From Acanthaster planci (lineage: Eukaryota), in contig NW_019091401.1 of NCBI RefSeq assembly GCF_001949145.1, forward strand, positions 62,001-124,000: DNA of 62,000 nt, given 5' to 3'. A program made the translations under genes and the position numbers. Positions 1-12,900 of the stretch are shown here, piece after piece. Every line of letters starts with the position of its first letter. Position 1 is the first letter of the stretch. The notes under the pieces are model-generated. The model was given only the letters and a program-made list of their open reading frames with translations, ran no database searches and had not been told where the DNA came from.

Positions 1-890
1 GAGGCAATGTATCCCTAGCACCACACAAACTTGACTGGTAGGATTTGATTTCAAGATTTTCATGCTAGCCTTAATTAAATTCGTGATTCTGCATTCATGA
101 GGGTACACAGTCTGACAAATGATACTCACCGAAAACAGGACCTGTTTTGTCTCTTGGCAAACCTACTCTATTTACAGAAAAGGCAATTCATCATTCAAAG
201 CAATTTCATTTAAGCGTTATCCTGAGTTTAAACAACGTTTTTCACAGAAAAGGATCATGTTTGGCACTATTATGACGACCGCGATGTTGGAAACAACTGA
301 CATTAACAAAAAGCTCTACCATATCTTTATATTCCATGCATGATTACCTTTCATTTTCCAACATCAGTGGGGTTTTTATTCCACATGATACCCTAAGGAT
401 AAGGTTCTAAAGGTGTCAGTCTGTGACAGTGCATAGTCTTTATCTGTTCCTTGCAAAGTCCAAATTTTATTTAGAAATCTTCATGATAGATTGACATTTC
501 AATGAAGAAACAACTTTAGAGGTCCTAAACTTACTGGCACCACGTGATAGAACACAGGATACATTGTAAAATCCTTTCCAATCTGTCATTCTGTTACCTA
601 TGGAATTACCCTGTAGTGATTACCATGAAATCTGATAATGTTCTATGTATTTCCACCTGTAGACATAAAATAAATATTGGAGCTAATATATATATTTATT
701 TTTGTTAATAGGCCTACTTGTTCATGTACTGAAATTTTTACAGACTGTGTGCAAAACCAAGAAAATTTCCACAGACTTTTTCCATGATTAACAAATTGGA
801 ATGTAAAAATTACATACCTGTATTCTTTTTCTCTTTTTGTTAGGTCAAATAAAGTTTTTAAATTGGTTTTAAATATGATTTTATATATAG

Positions 891-995
891 CTCATGAGTA
901 TGGTTGAAGACCTACTAGGAGAGATGTCAGCACTGAAGGAACATGTTGATGGTTTTAGCAGTGAAATAGCAAACCTCAAAGACAGATTAAGCAAG
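891..995 (+). CDS. DUF4795 gene exon (LMSMVEDLLGEM...DRLSK)
   Basis: tatag acceptor, AAG|gtagg donor, phase 0/0, heptad-like sequence. Confidence 0.8.
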
Positions 996-3900
996 GTAGG
1001 AGTTTACTCATTTCAAATTATGTTGGCTTTTTCATAACAAAATAAAGTGACATGTATTAAAATGGTGTCACATGAGTGAGAAATAGAAGCTGTCCATTAA
1101 AATATTTTTTAAATGTTTTTGAAGCCATTACCTTTTAGTGTGTATTACAGTAATTTGGCATTGCCCACAGTGCATAAATCAAAAAGATGTGAATTTACCC
1201 CTATTTATTACTATAAAGTAAACATATCCCTTACTTGCTGCATTCTCCAAAATGCATTAAACAAGAATGGACCATTCAAGTGCGAGGTTGGGAAGTAAAA
1301 TCCTTTTCCCAGGGAAATTATGTCATTATCTTTAGTTGGAATGCGGTGCCATCTCAGCTGTCTCTCTGGAAACAGCTCAGGTACCAAGCATTTATCTCTG
1401 CCTGTGGCACATTCTCACATTTTAATGGCATTTACCAATACCTACACACAGCAATGTGTGATGGGTCTAAAGGGTAATTAACCAGCACTGCCCTAGGCCC
1501 TGTATGATTACCTGCTTCCTGGATGCTGGCTATAATCATGGAGGAATGCTAGCATTATTGATTGATATGCTTGTTTTTCAGATAAGTGCTAATGAAGACA
1601 GAATCAATGAGAGGCTGCTGAAGCTAGAGAACTCCACTGCCAATAAAGACAGGATGGATGAGCTTCAGAAGATCATGGTAATTGAAACCAGAAATGTTCC
1701 AATGCCGACCAATGCTGGATACTACCATATCTCCACATCAAACTACAGTGATATTTAATGTAGTTTTATTTCTAGTGCATTTCAATGAAGAGCATTTTCC
1801 TCACAGTTTCTCACAATCCTGTCATACTGAAACAATCTTTTCAGTCACACTTCTCAAAAACTACCTTTTGAGCCACAAAGTACATGTATCTACATCATCT
1901 GTGCGATGCAGCCAGAATTTATGAAGATTGGGGTATTCTTTTATAATATTAAAATGGGAAATCCTCCCCACACTCCTTGTTCTTGGCCTGCTAATAAGTA
2001 CATTTCATTACAGCATCCATACAGATTATTTTGATTAAAAAAAGTTATTCAAAAATCTTATATTGAAATTGATATTAAAAACAAATGTGTAAAATGCCGG
2101 AAAATTTCCTTTGTGCTGTGGAGGTAAAATATTCTTTCGTACATGTAACTGTCAAATATGACTATGCTTTTCAATTAAGATTTACTTTTAATTTCTTCCT
2201 TTTTTTACTTGTGTTTCAGAATGATTTGAACAACAGAATGAACACCTTACCACCGTTAGATATCCTAGTAACATGGCCTGCTATGGAGGATGCATTGAAG
2301 GGCATACACAGGGATCCTGTACCAGTGTATGACCATGCCATGCAGACAATTGCCATGACAGAAGTAAGCAAATTACAAGGATTTGGCCCATTTATTTCTG
2401 GGTTTTGGTTTGGACTAGGCTTGGTGTTGTGCAAAAACTGCAAAATTATTTTCAATTTGTAAGTGCAATAATGCAATTTTCTTTTAGTGAAAACACTTCC
2501 TGTGACATTATTATGTTAGTGCTTCCAGTAAGGAACAAAAAGTAAACTCTACAAAGAAAGAAATCCATTCTCTCAAAATGTATTGTTTTCAAAATAACTA
2601 AAACCATCATTACATCTGTTTTCCCCAAAGGCAGAAATATGGGGACTTTTAGTGTGAGAAAGAAATGACCCTCTAAGTAGATCTGACTAGTTCTGGCTGG
2701 AAATGGAGAGGGAGCCATCCATTTCGGAAGCACATAGTACATGTACCGTTATTGCTATTATTGTCCAGCAAAATGAGGAAATAAATGCCAGTTGATGGTA
2801 CAACCCTCATGTGCAACAGACTTGGTCAGCATGTTCCTATTTCTGTTGTTATTCCAGACCACTCAAGTACAAACTGTGCCAACAACAAGTTCCTATTCAC
2901 AGACGAGGGTAAGTTTGTGTTTTTCAGCCCTTAACAATTTCAAGTTAATGAGACTTGGTACCACTTGGGCATGTGTTTGACAATCTCACCATGAATTTGT
3001 TTTTGATATATTGGTGACAAAGTTTTCACCGAATAGAATTTACTTTAACGAGCAGAATTTATATTGAGGGAGAACGTGTCTAGTAAAGCCAGCTGTGTAT
3101 ATTGTCGTTGTTGGTTTCGGTGGAGTTAAATATTTGTCCATCTGTTAGGCCAGTTCAGATATGAACTTTGCTGACAAACACATACATGCGTCTCTGTTGC
3201 TGGTTAAAAGTTCATTGTAGTTTAAGTGAACCCAATTAAAAATTACAGACTTTTTCTAATAAAAAATATGAGTTGAGCTATGGTGGACGATATTTTGCCA
3301 CATGCTCACCATATGGACCCCACATTTTGATTTTGTAATAGTAACCATGATATTAATGTAATGCTTTAGTCATTGTTTGGTCCTCAACTACCTATCATGT
3401 GCTCACTGCTCTGCCCCATTGTCATCACTAAGTATCTGCCATTTTACTCAGAGGAGTGAATATCCATAAATAGCCAAAAAGTAGATAACACAGGAAAACC
3501 ATGATCACACTGGTTATGTAAAGATGAGCAACATGAAAGTATGTTTAGGCTAGAAATCACATGTCCAGTCTGGTCAGTAAAGTCATACCAGCTGTACACA
3601 ACTTACCATTCCAATGTCCATTCTGTGGTAGACACCAAGTCCAGGTCCTCGGTCCAACCCACCGTCCCGTCCTGGCTCGGCAGCCCATCCGTCCATGGAA
3701 ATACAGCGCATTCTGAAGGACATCGGTGAGCTGAAAGGAAGGCACGATAGCTTGGACAATAGAGTCAAGATCCTAGAGGTAAGTGAGAATGATTATCAGG
3801 TCTGGTGGCATGTACCGATACAATTTACATTTGAATTTAGATACCGGGTTTTCAATTTGTAAGCTGAAATTAATACACGTTTGCATGAGCAGTGTGCACA

Positions 3901-6900
3901 CATCACACAATGCATTTCTTGATTACAGCTTGCCAGCTTATATGCATTGTGCTATGTTCCATTGTAATGTAAAAAAACATGACCTAATCTATAAATTGAT
4001 GGCTCATTTCCACTGCATCCTGTTACGAAATATGGAATTCTTTAAGCTGCATTTCCACTTTTTGGGGGTCAAAATATTTGACTGTCATATCTCACAACAG
4101 GAGCTGATGAATGGTAAAGTAGACTTGGATGAAGTCAAGAAACTACTGGCAGAGAAGAAAGATGTGCCAGAAGACTTGACGAGGATGCTGGAGGAACTTA
4201 AAGAAGGACTTGATTCACTCAAAGAGGGGAGAGACAAGGTAAGAGACAGACGAAAACAGCGTACCAGGAGGATTAATGTGACACCGGACATAACTGTAGA
4301 CATGCCAGTATTCTTTCCACATTATGAGGCTAAATAAGCCATCACAGACCAGTTCAGCCTTGCTGCATAATTGCAAGCAGTTTCTGCATAAGCTTTAAAG
4401 AGTGCTGCTTTTTTTCTTTTTACATTTTCATTACTTGATTTATGAAATAAAAGCAAGTGAATCTTCTCATTTGGAATGGTACTCTTTGAAGTACACGCTG
4501 TATTGTTCCCCAGAGAGACTTCATTTCATCAAAGTATGCCAAAGCTTAAGCTGTGCCAAAGGAATGGGATGGGACCTGTAAAAATATGCCCTGCACCTGC
4601 ACCAAATCAATTAATGCTTTTTAAAGGCAAAGTAACTGCATTGCACAGCTGCTTTTTGAGACTAACTGATGCACACTAATATTTCATATTTTTGTTCATA
4701 ATTCCTAGATTTCTTGCATCCTTCTTGATCCTTACAGAATGATTTTCCAAATAAATCTATGGCTGTAGGTGAATGCCGTAGCAGACTGGATTCTACGCCA
4801 AGTTTTTACTCTCTGTTCTATCCATACCACGTACCATCCATGCCCTGTACCATCCATACCCTTAACCCGTGAGCATCTCACTCACATCCTCCTTACCTGT
4901 ATCCTACTTTCCCTCACCTTTGACCCCTCACAACCAATACCTTTTGACCTGATATTCTTATCCTCTATACATGTATCTTACCTCACCCCTACATTCCACA
5001 TTAACCCACACTTGTAATCCCCCTCACACTGGGCACCCTGTGCACTCCCTTTGCCTTTTGCTTCTATCTCTTGCCTGCAGATGGATCAGCTAGATAGCTG
5101 GATCAGAGAACAGTCCAAGATGGTGCCTGCCTCCCAGCAGGACATCCAACAGCTTAAGGCTGAATTGGCCAATATTCAGGCCAACCTAACCACTGATACA
5201 GGGACCATGGCCGAAGACCTTCCTGTAGGGAGTGCCGTGTCAGCTGCCCGGGTTAGTTGACAGGGAGAAAGGTCAAGATCACTCAGCTGTATTGGTTGCT
5301 GACACTGAAATCATCCTACCTGTAGATCCCGTACATTCAACCATTCGGTGTTAGAGGATTTTGTAGGACTTAGAAGAAGAAGAACCAAAGGAAGTAGAGT
5401 ACACATACGTAAAGAATATCTGATTGGGCTTCTTCACTGTGGTGGGTTTGGAGGACTGGGAAAGGTTCTTGGCTAAAATACATGGGAGGGTTAATGCATA
5501 TGGCCACATTGATAGGACAGACCTTGCATGCTCGTATTGCTGTTCCCAAATAACCATGGACATGCTTCATTTAATTTAATTTAATGCACTGTTTGAATAC
5601 CAAACTTGCTCAATGTCATTTAACTAAATATGAAGGTCAGAGACAATAGGTCTTGTATTGCATTGTCAATTTATCAATTCTAAAATCCTAATGAAAGGAG
5701 ATACTATCATAACCTAAATAAATAAACATCCTGTCATTAATCCCAAATATATTCTGAACAATTTTTATTGTAAGCATGCTTTAGTTTGAAACAGGTCTTC
5801 ATTCTTAAACTTTCAATTCTCTGTGCTAACAAAATTTCACTGCACCATTCACAAGCAACTGTGCAATGTTCACCCTTTCTTTTACTTCACATGCTTATCA
5901 CGGCTTCAACTTTCTACACACCACCATTCCCACCTGTACCTCCTCACCAGCTTGACAGCATGCACTCACAGTTCCAAGACCAGCTGGAGGGTCACACGCG
6001 GGGCCTGACCCAAGAGCTGGCCAAGCAGCTAAGCAAAGTCAGCTCCAGACTAGGCCACCTGGAATGGAGACTAGACAGCCAGGGCAAACAGCTGGAAGCC
6101 CAGGCATCCATGCGGATGGTAGTCTCTGGCGACAGTCTGCATGTTGAGAAGACAGAGGGGTTGGGAGGGGGTTCATTGGATTTGGTAGGCTTTGATGTTG
6201 GGTGTCCCGTTGATTTTGTTTGTCAGTAACAGTGGAAGTCACATTTTTGTTGGTATTGCATGATTCAAGTTACTGTAGCGTTAAGTGCATGTCATCAGTC
6301 AAGATGTTTTACAAGGAAGTTCACAGGGTATTTCACCATCAAGAGGCATTTCTCAACTTCCATCTTAAATTGTCGTCCAGTTCATCATCCAGCCATCATT
6401 GGTTATGTGTGGTGTTATAGGTATACACAATGAATCAGGAGCCTTGTATTATTTGAACAGTTATTAAACATTCTCAAAATAAGCCAACTTGAAGAACATG
6501 TACCCAAAACAAGTGAAACCAAACTTGTATATCTAAATGCAAATATCAACTTTTCCAATGACGATCATGATCTGGGGATAAGGCAGGATTCACATATGAA
6601 AATGTTAGCTTTTATTGTGGATAGCTTGAACATATCACTTGAACTATTGCGACTTCAAAAGATGACTGGATCTCTAAACATGCTGAACATGGAAACCAGC
6701 TGAGGAAAATGAATGTTATAACAACATCTTGTATCACGTTATGTATAAATTTTACACAAGATAGTGTTGAATGTTGGTGTGGAACACTGGTGTAAATGTT
6801 GCAGGAATCTTTCCCAGCAACATTTTGTAAATGCATGTGTGAACTTTGTAACAAGGTGATGGTGAGGTCCTGAAGTTTGTCACCAGTTGAGAACTACATG

Positions 6901-9900
6901 TACAAGTTTAGAATGGCACTGTCGTTGATGTGTCTAGTATACTAAGGTTACTGTTCCTGTCATTTCTTTCCTGCCAGGATGGTGAAATCATGACCAACAT
7001 GCAGAAGTTGATTCTTCAGCTACAGGCCGAAACGGATAAACTCAACCACACATGCGTGCAACTTGTGGATGAGCACAACAGCAAACAAAAGCATATCGAT
7101 GTGAGTCCATTAAGAACATTGAGAAAGAGAGTAAAAGAATCAATGCCACAGTTATATTTTTCATCGAAGGCAGAACAACACTGCTTTGCCCCTGACAGAT
7201 ATTTATATGTTTTCATTATTCTGCAATTGTGATTGATAATTTTTAATGGAAGCCTATTCGTAAAAACAATGAAATTAAAGAAAGGACTCACCATCCATGT
7301 TCACAGTCAGGTTTCTTATTGCAACAGGTGTCTGAGGAAAAGAATGGATTAAGGCTTTGAATCAATTTTGTAATGATCATGAAAAAATAAAATAATCTTT
7401 AACTAAAGAAAGCTTATTTTATTTATTTTTCTCTTTTTAGGCACTGTACACATTTGTTGACAGATTGCAAGAGAACAAGGCTGATAAAGAGCATGTCATC
7501 ATGGAGATAGATGTTGTAAGTTTGACCTGCCAATTTAAAGCTTGACAGTCTTTTGATTCAGATGATCCACTAAAAGGAGGCATTTTTTCTCAGTCCCCTA
7601 AAAGTAATATCCCTCCCGCAGATTTGTAGATGTATGATGCTGCGCTTTTGGTAAAAACAGTGGGATTTCCTAGTTTCAGCATCAGGTGTGGTAATCTTGC
7701 CAATAATCTGTTATGGACAACCTGTGGCCTTGATCTGTTATTATGAAAAATAGCAAATCCTTGTGTAAAATTTGTGTTAAATATTCCATTTTGTCATACT
7801 TTTAATTTAAATATGGCAGGAGCATTCATGTTTTCCCATAGCAGACAACATCTACATTATTTCTCTTTATGAAGCTGGTATCAGCTGTTTCTACTGTACT
7901 TCATGAAAAAACACCAGAGGCTGTTTTCATAAAGTACTTGGAATTGATGTGTGGTTGCCTATATTCATTGCTGACAAGACTTACAGAATGGTACTACAGA
8001 ATTAAAGATGATTTGATTGCACTCCAAAATATACTGTATTAGCGCATTGTCAGTCCAAAGATCACACATGAGGCAATTTTACAGAAGTGAGTTTGTCAGC
8101 CTGCTTCCTAGTAGTATTGTTGCCACAAATTCATATTATACCAGCACTTAATTGCTAATGGGCATATTTGAGATTGGTTAAAATGGAATCTCTGTTTCCC
8201 ATTAATTTCATAGAAAGCGGACAAGCGAGCATTAGAGAACAAAGTCAGCAATACCCACTTCCAGGGAACAGTGGATGAACTATCGCGCAACCTGAACGAT
8301 GTAATGGACAAACTGTCAGGACACGTAGGTGGAGTTGTTAATGATTCATTAAGAGTTAACTAAATATTTAATGATATCATGTGTGAGCTGCTCTGAAAAA
8401 AAAAAAGAATCTGACTTGGTGTCATTGTAGAATGAAAAGGCACAAATGAACTTTCATGCAGTGTATCTCTACAGGATATTGGTCGTACTGTGCTATCCTG
8501 TCCATTTTCATTAAGCTGGGCAGCTCTTACTGAAGAAAACTTTAAAAGATGCATTCACAGCTGCAACCGAAAGAATCTCCCAAAATCTCTCCAGCCTTGA
8601 AAGAATATTAAAATATCTGTCTAAAAATTAATGCCTAAGTGTTAAATAGCCAAATCCAGCCAAGTCCATTTGCAAATATTTGTACATTTCCCACATACCT
8701 GAATCCATCTGTGTGTCCAAACAATCATATTTTTACTCATTCAAACTAGTCAGTCAGTTTCCCAAAATAGTTTGTTTCATGATTTGTGTAAAAAGACACA
8801 TCTGCCTCGAGTGATCCCTTTTCACCATTTCCCAGGTTACGTCATGTAATTGGGGTTTGATCCCTAGTTACATGGTGATTCAGTTTAAATGGCCTCTGAT
8901 TAGTGCCCCCGAATGAAGATATTGACAAATGGAAAGAGCCACCAACGTAGGGCTGGATAGCTCAGTTGGTAGAGCACTGGTACGGTATTCCAGAGGTCGC
9001 AGGTTCAAATCCCACTCCAGTCAATTTCTTTGTTCATCTTTATAAATGCATTCAAACTACGCAGTCAGAATCCTTCTTACGTACATGTAAGTTTGATTAC
9101 CACCTTACAGAGTGGTGCACCCAGAGACTTTAAGCATCAAAGGACTCCATTACGTTAGTTTTTAGCAACTCACTGACCAAATTTTACCTGGCCCCTGATG
9201 CTGCATATATGTCTTATTCTTGGTAAACTAGAAAATCTTGGAGTGAAAACAAAGCGATGATTTCACTCTAGACAATTTTCATTTGAACATCAACGATTCA
9301 AGTCCTAAGTGTGAATCTTGGTCTTATTAAATGCAGCGCTCTGCATGGGAGGAGGCTGTCAGTGAGATGAAGCTGGACATTGATAACAAACTGGACCGGA
9401 TGGAACTGGATCCACTCAAGACCTACCTTGATAACCGCATCAAGTCCGTCGGTGCCAAGATTGTGCGCAAGGTGGAACCTGACCCAACACAAGATGATGC
9501 AGCCGGCTTCCGAAAGTGAGCATCTACAATGATTGGATAATACATTCACATTGATGATGGTTTGGTTGCACTGCCAGTGAGATAACATTAGAGTTTGCCC
9601 ACTTTGTGCGGGACCTGTACATGTAGATGACCGTGTGGCTAACCCAAAAAAGCCATGAAAGGTTTTGAAATGTGTGCACATTGATTCATTCTTATGAATA
9701 ACGGGAGGAGCGCAAGTAATTTGAATCTGACTGACCATAACCCTGTAGCATCTTTGTAAGAGAGGAACATTCCTGATTGTAGACAGAGCTGAAGTGCCTG
9801 TCAGCATTAGGTGCAGAGTTCATATGACAACACTGACCGCAGCCCTCAACCACTTTTAAAGCACTAGTCTTTCAGTGACAATATTTTGTTTACTGTTTTG

Positions 9901-12900
9901 ACAGAAAACTGCTACAAAAGTTCAACTGTATTTCCTGTGACAGACCCCTAGATATGACACCACAGCCGTAAGTACACTGTATAACCTTATATTAAATGTC
10001 AATAGAAGAACAAGCAACACCCTAAAGCCCCTGTAATTGTAGTGGTTGTCCATCCTTAAAAATTCTACCTTCACTCTTATCTGATTGGTTTATTTTTTCT
10101 TATAAACTCCCACACGGAACACAGTTCCTATTTATGCTTGTGTATTTTGAAACTAAAGTTGACTGCACCATCAGCCTTCAAGACAAAAACTAGGTAAGGC
10201 GATGTCTGTCTTAGTGTCAGCATCATCCATTTGATCCAAGGCCATCCCTCAAGAGAGCATCTTGCCTCGGAAATTATTCACCCCTCAGATGTTATTATTA
10301 CAAAGAGATAGCTATAAATGTGTTGAAGCATTACGTAGAGAAGTAAAAAACATGTATTTGGTTTTTTGTTCACCAAATGATTTGAAATTCCTTCTACAGG
10401 TATGAATGGAAAGATTCATGCTTGTTCTTGTTTTCCCAATCAATGTTCAGGCCTCTTGCATCATTACCTGAATCTAAGGGTCTTCCAGGCACAAGGACAG
10501 GCCGACCCTACACCACATTTGAATTAGAACAAATCAGAGCAGCTCAAAAAAAGTGAGTAGACTTTGTTCTGTGGTATTTCAAAGATTGTGCTTTCGGCTG
10601 TGGATTTTTATTTTAGGATTGACTGGAAAATAGTTTTAGGTTCATAGGTTTTAGTAGGGTAGCAGAAGTACTGTGGAACACTGCATGAAGCTAGAACAGC
10701 ACCTGATGAACATGTTAAAATTAGTACATGTAACTAGATTGAGAGTAATATTTGATTCCCTTTAAGACTTGAAATACATGTTGTGTCATTTATTAGCTCT
10801 AGGTACTTTGGACAGGGGCATAGTTTTTAGGGTAGAAGAATACTGCAACACAATATTACAACACCTTGTACATGAAGCTAGAACAGCACATTTCCATTAT
10901 ACACTACAGCTAGCTATTGAAGGTTAGAGTTTTAATTGATTGCCTCAAATAGTTGCATAGTTGCTGTTTGTGTTATATATATCGTGATCTGCAAGCTATT
11001 AACCCTTCCATCTCACCAACTATTCCTGCTGTCATCTTCACCCGTCTGTGGTCAATCACCAGAGCCAGACCAGGCAAGAATGTGCTGCACTATGAGAACG
11101 CTCTACAGGAGCAGGAGTTAGCTAGGCAGCGTAAGCAGGACATACTGGCCTACCTGGTCCACTTCCACAGGGACCTGGACCGTTCGGCGTTCTTTAGGAA
11201 CGTTGCCCCGCTGCACCTGCAACCAGACAAGCAAAGGTTATTGTAGTTGCATTATACCCAGAGGGTGAAATTGTGGTCTGACATTGGCCATTTATCCGAC
11301 CACTGTTGCTACTCGTCTGATCAAAAGCAGGTGTGGTATGACAAAATTCCCAAAGGAAATGTCAACATTAATGTCCCAAAGGCCAAATCCTTTTGGTTTT
11401 ACCTTCAGTGCTTGTGCTTATGACATTTAAATTCAAAGACTGTTTTCTTATGTGACCTGGGTGTGTCTAATCAAAAGCTGATAATGACAGAAAGAAACTG
11501 ACTAGCTAGTACCTTACTCCGACCACAGTTTGGGCCTAATTTTGCACTCTACCACATCAGCTAGGAAAAAGTTGTAGGCTAGTATCGGCATTACCCTAGG
11601 ATGCAGTCGTAATAGGCCAAGGTGTGCTTGTAACACAATTTTGTGGATGGTCAAAGGATCAAATTTGCAGAAAACAAAGTTGTTCAACCATCTACGTTTT
11701 CTTCCTCTCTCAAAATGCTGCTCATTATTGTAAAAAAGGATGATGAACCCCACCACCCCTGAGGTGGAATACCTCCAAATTGAGAGCACACCCCTCCCTA
11801 GCCTCCCTGGGCCCCAGGGAGAGCTCATGAGACTCAGACATACACGTCTCATGACCGACTTCCTTAATAAACAAAAACCCTCAACTCCAAGGTAAATCCC
11901 TTGATTTCTTTTCTCCCAAACACTTTGTGAGAGTGCCCCACGGAGTGACTTTCATCAATCAGTGAATGAACTCATGCACTGAAACTAATGGTGTGTATCT
12001 TTTGTGCTCACCTGCACAGCCTCAAGACATTACAAATGCTTCCTAAAATTGCACCTCAAACCTTACACAAGGGAGGATTTTGGAAGTACTCTTCACTGGT
12101 GTTTTTCACATCACATTTCTGAATATTCCAATATTCACCAGCACACCTGCACCTTTCATCTTTCAAGACTTCATTGCCATTTCTGAAGTGTCAGAAATTA
12201 AGATCAGAATAGTACAAGAAAATAAAACAAAAAAGAAAACAATCCAGTACAATCTCACTAACCCTGACAGTTTACCTCTTTTTAAGCTGTAAAGTTGTCT
12301 GTTAGCTGTCAGAAATATAGGTACTGACATCTCATTTCAAGCATCTTGGGCATCTTCTAAATCTGATTTTCATATACTGTAAAAGATAGCTCATGTGCTT
12401 TTGATTATACATGCACAGTTTTATTTATTTCTACCTATAAGGTTTTGGGGGCACCTCGGCCACGTCTTTTACTTCCCTTCTTTTCCTGTCGACATCACAA
12501 ACTCCACAGCATTTCCCATGTGGAATGGGGCCAGTGAGATTTCTAATAACTGACTTGCGCCATCCAGTTGTTTTATCTTTGTCCATTGCACTCTGTAACC
12601 CCTAAAACAAGCATCACCAAGCTTGTTAACTCATCAGCATGATGTACTAACTTCCTCTTGTGATACCACTGAGATTGGTACACATCTCTAACGTGAACCC
12701 ATATTTCCTTTGTTTTCAGTGGCAATGTGGAAGTTCCAGACTACTTCTTGACCAACAGGAGCTGTGGAGGAAGTCACACCATGACCTATCCACACAGACG
12801 CACCACGCGCATGGCAAACCTCACGTAAGTTGGTAGTCAGGGTGCCAGTCCCAGTCCAGATGGTGTGGGTTGTATTAATTTACATGTAGTTCAGTTTTAC

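Noticed and set aside
8951..9023. Functional tRNA-Thr(GGT) gene
   Set aside because: C33 and A32 in the loop, two T-stem mismatches, an anticodon atypical for eukaryotes, and embedding in a repeat unit.
12442..12463. Micro-exon in the DUF4795 gene
   Set aside because: An ag...gt pair exists, but 22 nt would shift the frame and the donor is poor.
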